In this document: positions 18,721-29,754 of the stretch, piece after piece
How positions within the stretch are numbered: the first letter of the stretch is position 1
Layout of the letters: each line of letters starts with the position of its first letter
From: Opitutales bacterium
GTDB taxonomy: Bacteria; Verrucomicrobiota; Verrucomicrobiia; Opitutales; JABSRG01
Reading direction: 5' to 3'
DNA: 56,055 bases
Assembly (NCBI GenBank): GCA_049599475.1
Contig: JBMYOQ010000019.1
Coordinates: forward strand, 1-56,055
Made by a program: the position numbers and the translations under genes
The notes under the pieces: generated by a model
What the model saw: only the letters and a program-made list of their open reading frames with translations
What the model was told of the DNA's origin: nothing
Databases searched by the model: none

Positions 18721-20733
18721 ATGAGTAAAGGTGTGTCTTCCACATCTTCATCATCGAAAGCTCAAGACCGAAAGCAGGATGTGTCGTCGGTAAGCTGTGC
18801 GGCGTGTTGCGCGGTTGATGGCAATCATGGTGATGACGCAGATTTGGAGACTTTGATTTTCGCAGCGGTTATTGGTGGCCAGAGTATGGTGTGGGGGCTT
18901 GCGGTGAATTTGACGCCTCCCGATCTTTTCTCGAAGCCCTACTGGATGTTACATGGTTGGCTCGCAGCCTCGGCGTTTATCGTGGCTATTTCGCTCGGGC
19001 GACCTCTAGTGAAGACTCTGTTTGCGAATCTAGCGGCCCGCCGCCTGTCGGTCGAAGGGCTGTTTTTTGTGACGGCATTGGGCGGCTTCGTGGCTTCCTT
19101 GATCGCGACATTCACTGGCGTGGGCGATGTGTATTATGAAGTCGTCGCGATCGTTTTAGCGATTTATACTGTCGGTAAGCGGATAGGGCGCCGAACGCGC
19201 GAAAAGATTGCCGCCGAGGTAAAGCAGGCTGAACAGGCTTTTCATTTTTGCACTCTGATTGAGGATGATGGCCAGCACCAACGGGTTCCGGTCGACGAGG
19301 TGGTGTCGGGGTCGCGAGTTCTTGTAGGAGCTGGCGAGCAAGTTACAGTAGACGGAATTGTCGAAGAGGGGAACGGTTGGCTGGACGCATCGATGGTCAA
19401 CGGCGAACCTGAGCCCATATATGTGGCTTACGGCGAATCTGTAAAAGCGGGCTCTTGGTTGCGGAGTGGGGAGCTGCGTGTAAAGGTAGAACGAGCAGGG
19501 GGTAGTCGAGAACTCGACTCGATATTTGCATCGCTTCGGGAGGCTTTCGAACATGCTTCACAGATTGAAAAATGGACCGACCGCCTGACGCAGCGTTTTT
19601 TACCCTTCGTGCTCACAGTCAGTCTCCTCACGGGGGTTGCCTGGACTTTGATTAGTGGATGGGCGGTTGGCTTATTCAACGCCATGGCGGTGTTGCTAGT
19701 GGCCTGTCCCTGTGCCTTAGGTCTGGCGACACCGATCGCAGTCTGGCGGGGCTTGGTCAGGCTGGCATCGAAGGGGATTGTCTCGCGAGATGTGCATTTA
19801 CTCGATGCCTTGGGGACTACCCGCGAGATTTTCTGGGATAAGACGGGGACTTTAACGGAGACACGCTCAGAGATTGTAGAGACTCGGTTCGCGCTCAGTC
19901 AGGAATGGAGTGAGTCTGCTCTATTGGATTTGGTAAGCACGGTCGAAAGTGCGTTTGACCATCCTATTGCGGAGACCCTTCAAGCGGTTGGGGAGTCTCG
20001 GTCGGATTGGACTTTAAAGAGCCCCGAATGGAATGCGGGCAGCGGGATCCGAGTCGAAGTAAAGACGGGTCAAGAGCAAGTGCATCAGGTGCGAATCGGT
20101 GCGATGTCTGCGTTGATGAGTGCGGGTGTCGAGCTTGATGAGACACTGGCTATTGGCGGACTTCCTGAAGGAAAACGGATTGCTCTAGCAGTAGATGGGC
20201 GTGTTTTAGCCCTCTTTATTATCCGTGAGACGCTCCGCAGCGATGCGCTGCAAACCCTCTCTGATTTGAAGGCTTTGGGAGTGCGCTCTACAATACTAAC
20301 AGGAGACCCTGAACCGGTCTGGGGGAACGGTATAGGAATGGCCCGTATGCATAGCGGTCTGTCTGCGATGACTAAAGCGGAGTTTGTTGAACGCTCGGCT
20401 GAGAACGGATCGAGTCCTGTATTAATCGGGGACGGGATCAATGATGCTCCTGGTATGCATGTGGCAGCAGCCTCTATTTCAATGGCATCGGGCACGCCTT
20501 TGACTCAGGCTGTCGGTAGCGGCGTTTTGGTGACCAATCGATTGAGCGCCTTACCCGATGCAATTCGGCTGTCGCGGGAGACTTTGAGACGTATTCATCA
20601 GAATTTGTATTTCTCTGCTGGGTACAATGCCATCGGAATCGGACTCGCTGCGATGGGCTGGCTGCACCCAGTGGTTGCTGCTGTATTGATGCTAGGCTCG
20701 AGCTTCTGGGTGAGTTGGCGAGCTGTTCGCTAG
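18721..20733 (+). CDS. Heavy-metal (Cu+) translocating P1B-type ATPase, CcoI/FixI-like
   Basis: VACPCALGLATP, WDKTGTLT, HPIA, LTGD, IGDGINDAP, GYN and MLGSS Cu+-type motifs; immediately upstream of the ACIII-cbb3 operon. Confidence 0.88.
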   Translation: MSKGVSSTSSSSKAQDRKQDVSSVSCAACCAVDGNHGDDADLETLIFAAVIGGQSMVWGLAVNLTPPDLFSKPYWMLHGWLAASAFIVAISLGRPLVKTLFANLAARRLSVEGLFFVTALGGFVASLIATFTGVGDVYYEVVAIVLAIYTVGKRIGRRTREKIAAEVKQAEQAFHFCTLIEDDGQHQRVPVDEVVSGSRVLVGAGEQVTVDGIVEEGNGWLDASMVNGEPEPIYVAYGESVKAGSWLRSGELRVKVERAGGSRELDSIFASLREAFEHASQIEKWTDRLTQRFLPFVLTVSLLTGVAWTLISGWAVGLFNAMAVLLVACPCALGLATPIAVWRGLVRLASKGIVSRDVHLLDALGTTREIFWDKTGTLTETRSEIVETRFALSQEWSESALLDLVSTVESAFDHPIAETLQAVGESRSDWTLKSPEWNAGSGIRVEVKTGQEQVHQVRIGAMSALMSAGVELDETLAIGGLPEGKRIALAVDGRVLALFIIRETLRSDALQTLSDLKALGVRSTILTGDPEPVWGNGIGMARMHSGLSAMTKAEFVERSAENGSSPVLIGDGINDAPGMHVAAASISMASGTPLTQAVGSGVLVTNRLSALPDAIRLSRETLRRIHQNLYFSAGYNAIGIGLAAMGWLHPVVAAVLMLGSSFWVSWRAVR

Positions 20734-20833
20734 TACATCTTGCGCAGGTACTTGGAGAATCTCGGATGCATCTAGATGTCTCTGAGAGGCTTACTGTTAT
20801 CAGATTTTTAAATACCTGTAATTAGGGGATGTG

Positions 20834-21126
20834 TGAGACTCTGTCTCATTTGAAAAAGATCTATTAAAATGTAAAAATAACCATTGATCTCATAATTAAT
20901 TTTACCTAAACCTCCGCGGCTTAATGGTATCTCTTCGGAGACTGACTCAATCTGCCTACATGCTCTTATCTCAAAAATTAGCTCTGCTGCTATGTGCACA
21001 GGTCTCACACTGGATGTGTGGGTTTGCTAGCGTATGGGAAGAGTTTGTGTCTCAGTTTGAGCGACTTCGACTGATCGGTTCTCCGTTCAATTTACCATCC
21101 TCACAGCTTTCTAGCGCTTCATCTCA
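20834..21126 (+). promoter_or_regulatory. Putative regulator-binding region upstream of actA (TGAGAC-N3-GTCTCA palindrome plus repeated RTCTCA)
   Basis: Palindrome at 20834-20848; RTCTCA starts at 20843, 20887, 20968, 21002, 21049 and 21121 in a 426-bp intergenic region. Confidence 0.4.
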
Positions 21127-21159
21127 ATTATCGCAGACAGGCCGAGATCTTTTCTGACC

Positions 21160-21813
21160 ATGGCGAATATCTTTCCAAGATGGGTTAACACCATACCGCT
21201 CAAGGTAATCGTAGGAATACTCCTCACGGTTACCTCGATTATTGCGGGTATCACTTATTACTTCACTCCGAAGTATTCCCGTGTGGGATACGCTCCGACT
21301 CAGCCAGTGGCTTTCGACCACAGTCTGCACGTCAATCAGCTCGGGATGGATTGTCTTTACTGTCACCAGGACGTGGACAAAGCAGCTCACTCAAATGTTC
21401 CGTCGACGAACACATGTATGAACTGCCATAGTATCGTGAAGACAGATAGTCCGAAGCTTGCGCCTATCCGCAACAGCTACGAGTCGGGTGAGCCAGTCGA
21501 TTGGGTACAGATCCACAAGACGCCGGATTACGTATACTTCAACCACGCTGTTCACGTGAATCGTGGTATCAGCTGTGTGCATTGTCATGGTCGTGTCGAC
21601 GAAATGGAAGTCGTGCACCACGCCGAGTCTCACTCTATGGCGTTCTGTTTGGAGTGTCACCGCGAGCCTGAGAAATTTATTCGTCCTGTTGATGAAGTCA
21701 CAAACTTGGCTTGGTCAGCTGGAAGCGAAGCTGAACAACTCGAACTGGGCAAGAAGCTCGTTCATGAATGGAACGTAAACCCTCCACTGAGCTGCTCAGG
21801 CTGCCACCGATGA
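21160..21813 (+). CDS. actA: Alternative complex III pentaheme cytochrome c subunit
   Basis: N-terminal TM, QPVAFDHSLH, five CxxCH motifs (CLYCH, CMNCH, CVHCH, CLECH, CSGCH), PDYVYFNH. Confidence 0.93.
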   Translation: MANIFPRWVNTIPLKVIVGILLTVTSIIAGITYYFTPKYSRVGYAPTQPVAFDHSLHVNQLGMDCLYCHQDVDKAAHSNVPSTNTCMNCHSIVKTDSPKLAPIRNSYESGEPVDWVQIHKTPDYVYFNHAVHVNRGISCVHCHGRVDEMEVVHHAESHSMAFCLECHREPEKFIRPVDEVTNLAWSAGSEAEQLELGKKLVHEWNVNPPLSCSGCHR

Positions 21814-24800
21814 GTAAGAAAATTTATACACATCCCGAACCTGCTGAAGGCGATTTGGTAGGACCACGCTACTGGAAAAGCTTGGACGAGCGCGCGGAGA
21901 CTCCTGAATTCAAGGAGTGGCTTGAGCGCGAATTCCCGGAAGGCGCTTCCGAGATCGAAGGCGTTGATCGACGCAACTTCCTAAAGTTGATGTCAGCATC
22001 TTTTGGTTTGGCTGGACTCGGTATGGCTGGCTGCCGCAAGCCGCGCCGCCACATCCTGCCATACTCAAAACAGCCTGAATACACGCCAGTCGGTGTCCCT
22101 GCTTACTACTCCACATCGTTCGAGATGGCCGGAGAAGCTACACCGCTCATCGTGGAAACGCACGGTGCGCGCCCTACTAAGATTGAAGGCAACCCGAGTT
22201 ACTTGCCTTATGGCGGTTCCACAGGATCTCACGCTCAGGCGAGCATCCTTGAGATGTATGATCCAGAGCGTTTGACTGATTCAATCGTGGATGGTGGAGC
22301 AGCTTCTAAGGCAGCTGTTGTTGATTCTTTCAAAGCAATCTCGGCGTCAATGATGGCGAGCAAGGGTGCAGGATACGCAATTGTTTCGCGCAAGAGTTCC
22401 TCACCGACACGCCATCGCTTGATCTCTAAGGTCAAGGCGTCCTGCCCAGAACTTTCTGTCCTCGAGTATGAGGCTGCTGATCAGACAACACCTGAAGCGG
22501 CCCTCTCGAAATATGCGGGCAAGCCAGTTAAGCCTATTTATAAATTGGCGAAGGCGAAGCGTGTTTTGTCTCTAGCAAGTGACTTTGTAGGAGGTGAATC
22601 AGGTAACTTAGCGCTTTCCCGCGGTTTTGCGGATGGTCGACGCGTAGATACTCCAGAAGAAGCTAAGAAGATGAACCGCCTGTACATGGTGGAGCCAAAC
22701 TTCACGCTCACTGGCGGTATGGCAGATCACCGTTTGCGTCTTGGCCTTTCTCAAATTCCTGCATTTACAGCTCTCGTAGCTGCGGAGGTTTTCGAGCTCG
22801 CTCACTTCGGATCAGACCTAGTTGCGACACTCAAGGCAAAGGGCGCTTCACTTAAGGTAGATGCTGCTTGGGTAAAAACATGTGCTGCAGACCTTTTTGA
22901 AAACAAGGGATCTTCAGTTGTCGTCGCTGGAGCCAGCCTATCGGAAGAAGTGCATGTTCTGGTCGCCGCTATGAATGCGGTGCTCCAAGCGGAAGGTAGT
23001 CTCGTAAAGTATGTCGAGAGTCAGCCATCTGCATCGACTACAGAACTTTCATCGCTTGTATCCAGTCTCCAGGACGGAAGCGTAAAGCACGTCATCATCC
23101 TTGAAGGTAATCCTGTATTCGATACGCCAGCCGGTAGTGGATTTGCAGATGCCGTCAAGTCTGCTGAGACCGTGACTGCACTTTCTTACTACGAGACTGA
23201 AACGACTTCTGTCGCGACTTCGTGTATCGCTGAATCTCACTATCTTGAATCTTGGGGTGACGGTCGTGCTTACGATGGAGCAGTGGTTCCTGTCCAGCCC
23301 ATGATCGATCCTCTCTTCAAGACGTTTACAGCTATCGAGTTGTTGGCAGTCTTGGCGGGTGAGTCTGATATCAGTGGATATAATCTTGTCCGATCGACTG
23401 TAGACGGATTGGCCTCTGGCGATAAGGGCAAAGCATTCAAGCGCTTCCTCACTGAAGGTGTTCTGGATGACAGCGAATATCCAAAGGCTAAGCTCAGCAT
23501 TGCTGCTGAGAAGCTCGCAACTTACGCTTCGGCGATTGTAGACGCACCGATGTTGGGTAGTGACACACTCGAGGCGGTGTTCACTCCGAGTGCTCAACTT
23601 TTCGACGGACGTTACGCCAACAATGGATGGTTGCTCGAGTGTCCAGATTCCATGACCAAGCTTACTTGGGACAATGCGATTCTGATCAGCCCACGTTTGG
23701 CTAAGGAGCTGCAAGAACGTGATGGCGTGCAAATTATGCCCGGTGCCGGTCTCATGCAGTCATGGGGTAAATTCCGCACAAATGTCGACAATGCGAAATT
23801 CAAGCGCGGTAAGCAAGAGGCTCCTGTTGCCGAGCTTACAGTCGAAGGTCGCACAATCAAAGCACCCGTTTACGTGCTCCCCGGTTTGGCAAATTACAGT
23901 CTGGTGCTCCCGTGTGGATACGGTCGCAAGGTTGTCGGTCGCGTAGGCACTGGCGCTGGTTTTGATTTTTATTCAGTTAAGCCATCCGAGGCTTCTGTTT
24001 CCACAGATGTTCAGATCAAGCTTACAGAAGAGGTCCACATTCTTGCTAATACACAAGAGCACTGGTCCATGGAAGGCCGCGCGATCGTGCGTGAGTCTAC
24101 TGCGCAATATTTCAAGAAGACTCCAGATTTCGTTTCCCAAATGGGTATGGAGTCACACTCACCACCGGTGTATGGAGCCGATAAGGACAAGCCTATTGAA
24201 TATAAGGCTACCGAAATCCCTCGTGGTGGCTCGCTCTATAAGACTCCTGAATTCACTTACCCACAGCAGTGGGGAATGACCGTAGACTTGAATGTGTGCA
24301 CCGGCTGCAATGCTTGTGTCATTGCGTGTCAGAGTGAAAATAATATTCCGATCGTCGGTAAGGACCAAGTCCTTCGTGGACGTGAAATGCACTGGGTGCG
24401 CCTGGACCGCTATTTTGCTGCAGATGTAGATTCTGATCCACACATCAACCACAGTGCTTCTGCCGATCACGGTAGCGCTATGGATGGTTGGCATGACGGT
24501 GTTCCTGAAGATGTCCAAGTGACATTCATGAACGTAGCTTGTCAGCAGTGTGAGCTCGCCCCATGTGAGCAGGTTTGCCCGGTAAATGCGACCGTTCACG
24601 ATGACCAAGGGTTGAATGTAATGGCTTACAACCGTTGTGTGGGAACTCGCTACTGCGCGAACAACTGCCCATACAAGGTGCGCCGCTTTAACTTCTTTGA
24701 TTGGAACAAGCGCATGATTGGTGACTTCTACAAGGGACCGGTCGGAAAGCAAAGCCTCGAGCAGCCAAATGGCGAATTGCTCAAGATGCGCGCAAATCCG

Positions 24801-25262
24801 GACGTTACAGTCCGTATGCGTGGTGTCATGGAAAAGTGCACATATTGTGTGCAACGTATTCAAGGCGCTAAGATCCGCCAGAAGAGCCGAGCTAAGAACT
24901 CGGATGATATCCTAGTTCGCGACGGAGCGTTCAAGGTGGCGTGTCAGCAAGTCTGCCCAGTCGATGCTATCGAGTTTGGTGATATTGCTGACCCTAACAC
25001 GAAGGTCTCTAAGGCAAAACGCAGCAAGCGCGACTACTCGCTTCTGGGTTACCTAAATGCACGCCCTCGCACGACTTACCTTGCTAAGCTGCGTAATCCA
25101 AACCCAGCGATGCCGGGTGCTTACGCGAAACCTTACACCTACAAGGACTACAAAGAACGCTATGGTCATAAGGACCACGGAAGTTCCGGTGGGGACAAGC
25201 ACAGTGATCATGGTCACGACCACGATCATGACCACAACCACGATCACCATCCTGCACATTAA
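21810..25262 (+). CDS. actB: Alternative complex III subunit B (Tat-exported molybdopterin-oxidoreductase-like + Fe-S domains)
   Basis: YWKSLDE, EFPEGA, DRRNFLKLM Tat motif with MAGC lipobox, RPTKIEGNP, CTGCNACVIAC, CQQCELAPCEQVCP, CVGTRYCANNCP, MEKCTYC; ATGA overlap with actA; His-rich C-terminus. Confidence 0.94.
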   Translation: MSKKIYTHPEPAEGDLVGPRYWKSLDERAETPEFKEWLEREFPEGASEIEGVDRRNFLKLMSASFGLAGLGMAGCRKPRRHILPYSKQPEYTPVGVPAYYSTSFEMAGEATPLIVETHGARPTKIEGNPSYLPYGGSTGSHAQASILEMYDPERLTDSIVDGGAASKAAVVDSFKAISASMMASKGAGYAIVSRKSSSPTRHRLISKVKASCPELSVLEYEAADQTTPEAALSKYAGKPVKPIYKLAKAKRVLSLASDFVGGESGNLALSRGFADGRRVDTPEEAKKMNRLYMVEPNFTLTGGMADHRLRLGLSQIPAFTALVAAEVFELAHFGSDLVATLKAKGASLKVDAAWVKTCAADLFENKGSSVVVAGASLSEEVHVLVAAMNAVLQAEGSLVKYVESQPSASTTELSSLVSSLQDGSVKHVIILEGNPVFDTPAGSGFADAVKSAETVTALSYYETETTSVATSCIAESHYLESWGDGRAYDGAVVPVQPMIDPLFKTFTAIELLAVLAGESDISGYNLVRSTVDGLASGDKGKAFKRFLTEGVLDDSEYPKAKLSIAAEKLATYASAIVDAPMLGSDTLEAVFTPSAQLFDGRYANNGWLLECPDSMTKLTWDNAILISPRLAKELQERDGVQIMPGAGLMQSWGKFRTNVDNAKFKRGKQEAPVAELTVEGRTIKAPVYVLPGLANYSLVLPCGYGRKVVGRVGTGAGFDFYSVKPSEASVSTDVQIKLTEEVHILANTQEHWSMEGRAIVRESTAQYFKKTPDFVSQMGMESHSPPVYGADKDKPIEYKATEIPRGGSLYKTPEFTYPQQWGMTVDLNVCTGCNACVIACQSENNIPIVGKDQVLRGREMHWVRLDRYFAADVDSDPHINHSASADHGSAMDGWHDGVPEDVQVTFMNVACQQCELAPCEQVCPVNATVHDDQGLNVMAYNRCVGTRYCANNCPYKVRRFNFFDWNKRMIGDFYKGPVGKQSLEQPNGELLKMRANPDVTVRMRGVMEKCTYCVQRIQGAKIRQKSRAKNSDDILVRDGAFKVACQQVCPVDAIEFGDIADPNTKVSKAKRSKRDYSLLGYLNARPRTTYLAKLRNPNPAMPGAYAKPYTYKDYKERYGHKDHGSSGGDKHSDHGHDHDHDHNHDHHPAH

Positions 25263-25273
25263 TTTGATACGTC

Positions 25274-26758
<1,485 letters not shown>

Positions 26759-26761
26759 GAC

Positions 26762-27316
26762 ATGGCTGAAGATACACTACTTTCAGAAGAGACTTTCGGA
26801 GTGATCGGCACTTTTCATTCTGCGCCGGACATTTACGAAGCCTGTAAAAAGACCCACAAGGCCGGTTTCACCAAGTGGGACTCTTACACACCGTATCCTG
26901 TTCACGGTCTCGACAAGGCGAGCGGACAGAAGCGATCGATGGTCGGGGCTTTCTCGCTCGTCGGCGGTGTTACTGGGTTCACAGTGGCGAACATCATGGT
27001 TTGGTTCATGAACGCATTCGATTACCCATTGATCGTTGGCGGAAAGCCTTTCTACAGCCCAATTTTCCCTTTCCCAATTGCATACGAGATGACTATTCTC
27101 TTCGCCGCTTTCGGGACGCTGTTTGGGATGTTTGCCTTGAATCGTCTACCTCAGCACCACAACCCTCTGTTTAACTACAAAGAGTTCTATAAGTGCACCG
27201 ACGACACTTTTGCTATCTGTATCGAAGCGAAAGATCCGAAATTTGATGCGCGGGAAACCACCAAGTTCCTCGAAGATCTCGGAGCGCAAAACATTAAATT
27301 AATTCCTATTCTGTAG
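26762..27316 (+). CDS. actD: Alternative complex III subunit D (DUF3341)
   Basis: WDSYTPYPVHGLD, DYPLIVGGKP, PIAYEMTILFAA; position in operon. Confidence 0.92.
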   Translation: MAEDTLLSEETFGVIGTFHSAPDIYEACKKTHKAGFTKWDSYTPYPVHGLDKASGQKRSMVGAFSLVGGVTGFTVANIMVWFMNAFDYPLIVGGKPFYSPIFPFPIAYEMTILFAAFGTLFGMFALNRLPQHHNPLFNYKEFYKCTDDTFAICIEAKDPKFDARETTKFLEDLGAQNIKLIPIL

Positions 27317-27320
27317 GCTG

Positions 27321-27977
27321 ATGCGAATTTATCTAGCAATACTAGCTTTTGTCATCGTTGCGGTGATATCCTTCGCGGGATTCCGGGGCTCTCTGACAGA
27401 GAAAGAGAACATTATGATCTTCCCTGATATGGACTTCCAAGCGAAGTATCATCCACAGGGAGAGAGCGGCTTCTTCGCCGACGGTCGTGCGGATCGCCCA
27501 GCGCCCGCCGGGACAATCAAGCGAGGCGATGAACTCGCGCTCGCAGCTGTCTTCAGCTCTGAATACGAGAATGAAGCCATCGAAAATCCAGAGATGTATT
27601 CTGGTAAAGATGCCTCTGACGCATGGCTCAAAGAATTCCCAGTGACCGTTGACCGCTCGCTGATTGAGTTGGGCCAGAAGAAATACGACATCTACTGTCA
27701 AGTCTGTCACGGTGCAGCGGGTGATGGGAAAGGCATCACTGCTAATTACGGAATCGCTGCGGCTGCCAACTTCCACTCTGACCTCTATCGCCAGATGTCA
27801 CATGGTGAGATTTTCAACACTGTCCGCATGGGTAAAAACACCATGAAGGGCTACGGCGACAAACTGAACGCTGAGGAAAGCTGGGCAGTGGTCGCATACG
27901 TAAGAGCGCTTCAACAAGCCTTCTACACAACTGAGGCGGAACTTACTCCTGAATTGAAAGCAAAGCTGGGTCTATGA
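27321..27977 (+). CDS. actE: Alternative complex III monoheme cytochrome c subunit
   Basis: DMDFQAKYHPQ, FFADGRADR.PAGTIKRG, YCQVCHG, MKGYG, WAVVAYVRALQ. Confidence 0.92.
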   Translation: MRIYLAILAFVIVAVISFAGFRGSLTEKENIMIFPDMDFQAKYHPQGESGFFADGRADRPAPAGTIKRGDELALAAVFSSEYENEAIENPEMYSGKDASDAWLKEFPVTVDRSLIELGQKKYDIYCQVCHGAAGDGKGITANYGIAAAANFHSDLYRQMSHGEIFNTVRMGKNTMKGYGDKLNAEESWAVVAYVRALQQAFYTTEAELTPELKAKLGL

Positions 27978-29218
27978 ACGCTGAAGCTATATCTAAGAAA
28001 TTTTCCGGTCTGAGCCTGGGTATCGGTGTCGCTGGTATCGTGATCGCACTTGTGGGTGTGTTCATGGGAATCAACGAACACGAGCCACGCAACTTGATCA
28101 GCTATCTCATTGGAATCGCATTCTGGCTCTCCATTTTGGTGGGCATGCTTTTCCTTACCATGATTTGGCACACATTCGACGCTGGGTGGTCGGTGGTTGT
28201 TCGCCGCCAACTTGAGCACTTTATGGGAGGATTTAAATTCCTTCTGGTCCTTTTCTTGCCGCTCCTCGCGATCCCATTCTTGGACGATAAATACCAAGTG
28301 CTGTGGAAGTGGATGAAGTCCAGCTATGTTGCTGGTGATGTCATCTACGAAGCAAAAGCGATCTATCTCGACGAGATGTGGTTCGTCGTGCGCGCCCTGC
28401 TTTACTTTGCGGTCTGGATCGGTTTGGCGGAATGCTTCCGTCGCTTCTCTTTCACTCAAGATAAGGACGGAGATGCTAAGTGGACCTCCTTTAGCCGTAA
28501 GCTCGCCGCTCCAGGTCTCTTCTTCGGTGCACTCGCTACAACCTTCGCAGCTTTCGATTGGTTGAAGGGCCTCGAGTTTCACTGGTTCTCTACCATGTAT
28601 GGTGTCTGGTTCTTCGCAGGCAGTATGCGGGCAGCCCTTGCTGTGACAGTCTTGATATGTGTGTTCCTCGCGACCAAGGGATATTTGAAGGGGCTCTTCA
28701 ATCAAGCTCATCGCTACTTTCTCGGATGTCTCTGTCTGGCTTTCACAGTCTTCTGGGCCTACATCACTTTCTCCCAGTATTTCTTGATCTACATGGCGAA
28801 CATTCCGGAAGAGACTTTCTGGTATAATATCCGTGAGATGAGCGAGGACGGAGTGAAGAACTCATGGTGGTGGGTTAGTATGGCTCTGATCTTCGGACAC
28901 TTCTTCGGACCTTTCATCTACCTCCTTTTCTACAACTCAAAGATCCGTGTGAAGGCACTTGTTTTTGCCGCAGTTTGGATTCTTTGCTTCGGCCACATCG
29001 CCGATCTTTATTTCAACATCTTGCCTGGAAAAATTTACGACTCAGGAAGCATCTTGGGTTATCAAATTCGCCAGTTCATGCCGAATATCTTCGACCTCGC
29101 ATCCATCCTTGGTATCGGCGGTCTGATTTTCTGGGGATTCTTTCAGAGCATGAAGAAGCAGGAGATCATCCCAATTCGCGACCCACGTATTTTGGAGTCC
29201 ATCAACTACCACGAATAG
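27974..29218 (+). CDS. actF: Alternative complex III membrane subunit F
   Basis: AGWSVVVRR, AFDWLKGLEFHWFSTMYG, FWAYITFSQYFLIYMANIPEETFWY, PIRDPRI; ATGA overlap with actE. Confidence 0.92.
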   Translation: MNAEAISKKFSGLSLGIGVAGIVIALVGVFMGINEHEPRNLISYLIGIAFWLSILVGMLFLTMIWHTFDAGWSVVVRRQLEHFMGGFKFLLVLFLPLLAIPFLDDKYQVLWKWMKSSYVAGDVIYEAKAIYLDEMWFVVRALLYFAVWIGLAECFRRFSFTQDKDGDAKWTSFSRKLAAPGLFFGALATTFAAFDWLKGLEFHWFSTMYGVWFFAGSMRAALAVTVLICVFLATKGYLKGLFNQAHRYFLGCLCLAFTVFWAYITFSQYFLIYMANIPEETFWYNIREMSEDGVKNSWWWVSMALIFGHFFGPFIYLLFYNSKIRVKALVFAAVWILCFGHIADLYFNILPGKIYDSGSILGYQIRQFMPNIFDLASILGIGGLIFWGFFQSMKKQEIIPIRDPRILESINYHE

Positions 29219-29230
29219 TAAGGATTTAGA

Positions 29231-29533
29231 ATGGATCACGATTCACATAACGAGCCCTCTCAATACTCAAAGGTGTTCTCCTTTGTTGGTGTTCTTGGCT
29301 CGATGCTACTCTTTTTGGTCATCTTGATGATCACTTACATCCCGTCAGATAAAGAACCAGTTGGTGCCAATGTCAGTTCTCTACGTGAGGCGACCTTGGA
29401 AGAAAATTCTGCCGCGGATCGTAGGAAACTGAACGAAGTGAAGGCTGTGGACCCTGTCGCTGGTATTTACAAGATTCCAGTGTCGGATGCCATAGAACTC
29501 ACCGTAGCCAAATTGGAAGGAGCGGCCCGCTAA
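29231..29533 (+). CDS. ActG-like small single-TM subunit of alternative complex III
   Basis: One TM helix followed by VDPVAGIYKIPVSDAIEL, resembling the (W)VD...G.vrIPi..Am.l motif of proteins encoded after actF. Confidence 0.7.
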   Translation: MDHDSHNEPSQYSKVFSFVGVLGSMLLFLVILMITYIPSDKEPVGANVSSLREATLEENSAADRRKLNEVKAVDPVAGIYKIPVSDAIELTVAKLEGAAR

Positions 29534-29540
29534 CCATAAC

Positions 29541-29741
29541 ATGGGGTGGATCGGTTATCTTCTAGTATTATTCTTTATCGCCGGCGTATTCTTCGTCGTC
29601 GCAATCTTCGCTTTGACCTGGGCTGCCAAGCGGGGTCATCTTCAACATTTCGAGGAGCAGTCAAAATCAATCTTTGATGAAGATGAGCCCGAGGGCATGG
29701 AACAAGATGCCTTTCCAACCAAGCGACCCAAGCATATCTGA
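29541..29741 (+). CDS. ccoS: cbb3-type cytochrome oxidase maturation protein CcoS/FixS
   Basis: TM helix then WAAKRGHLQHFEEQSKSIFDEDEP; directly upstream of ccoN. Confidence 0.8.
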   Translation: MGWIGYLLVLFFIAGVFFVVAIFALTWAAKRGHLQHFEEQSKSIFDEDEPEGMEQDAFPTKRPKHI

Positions 29742-29754
29742 CTTTTAATTACTA

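Noticed and set aside
20884..20897. TTGAT half-site as a possible FNR box for the cbb3 operon
   Set aside because: The second half is TAATT, not ATCAA.
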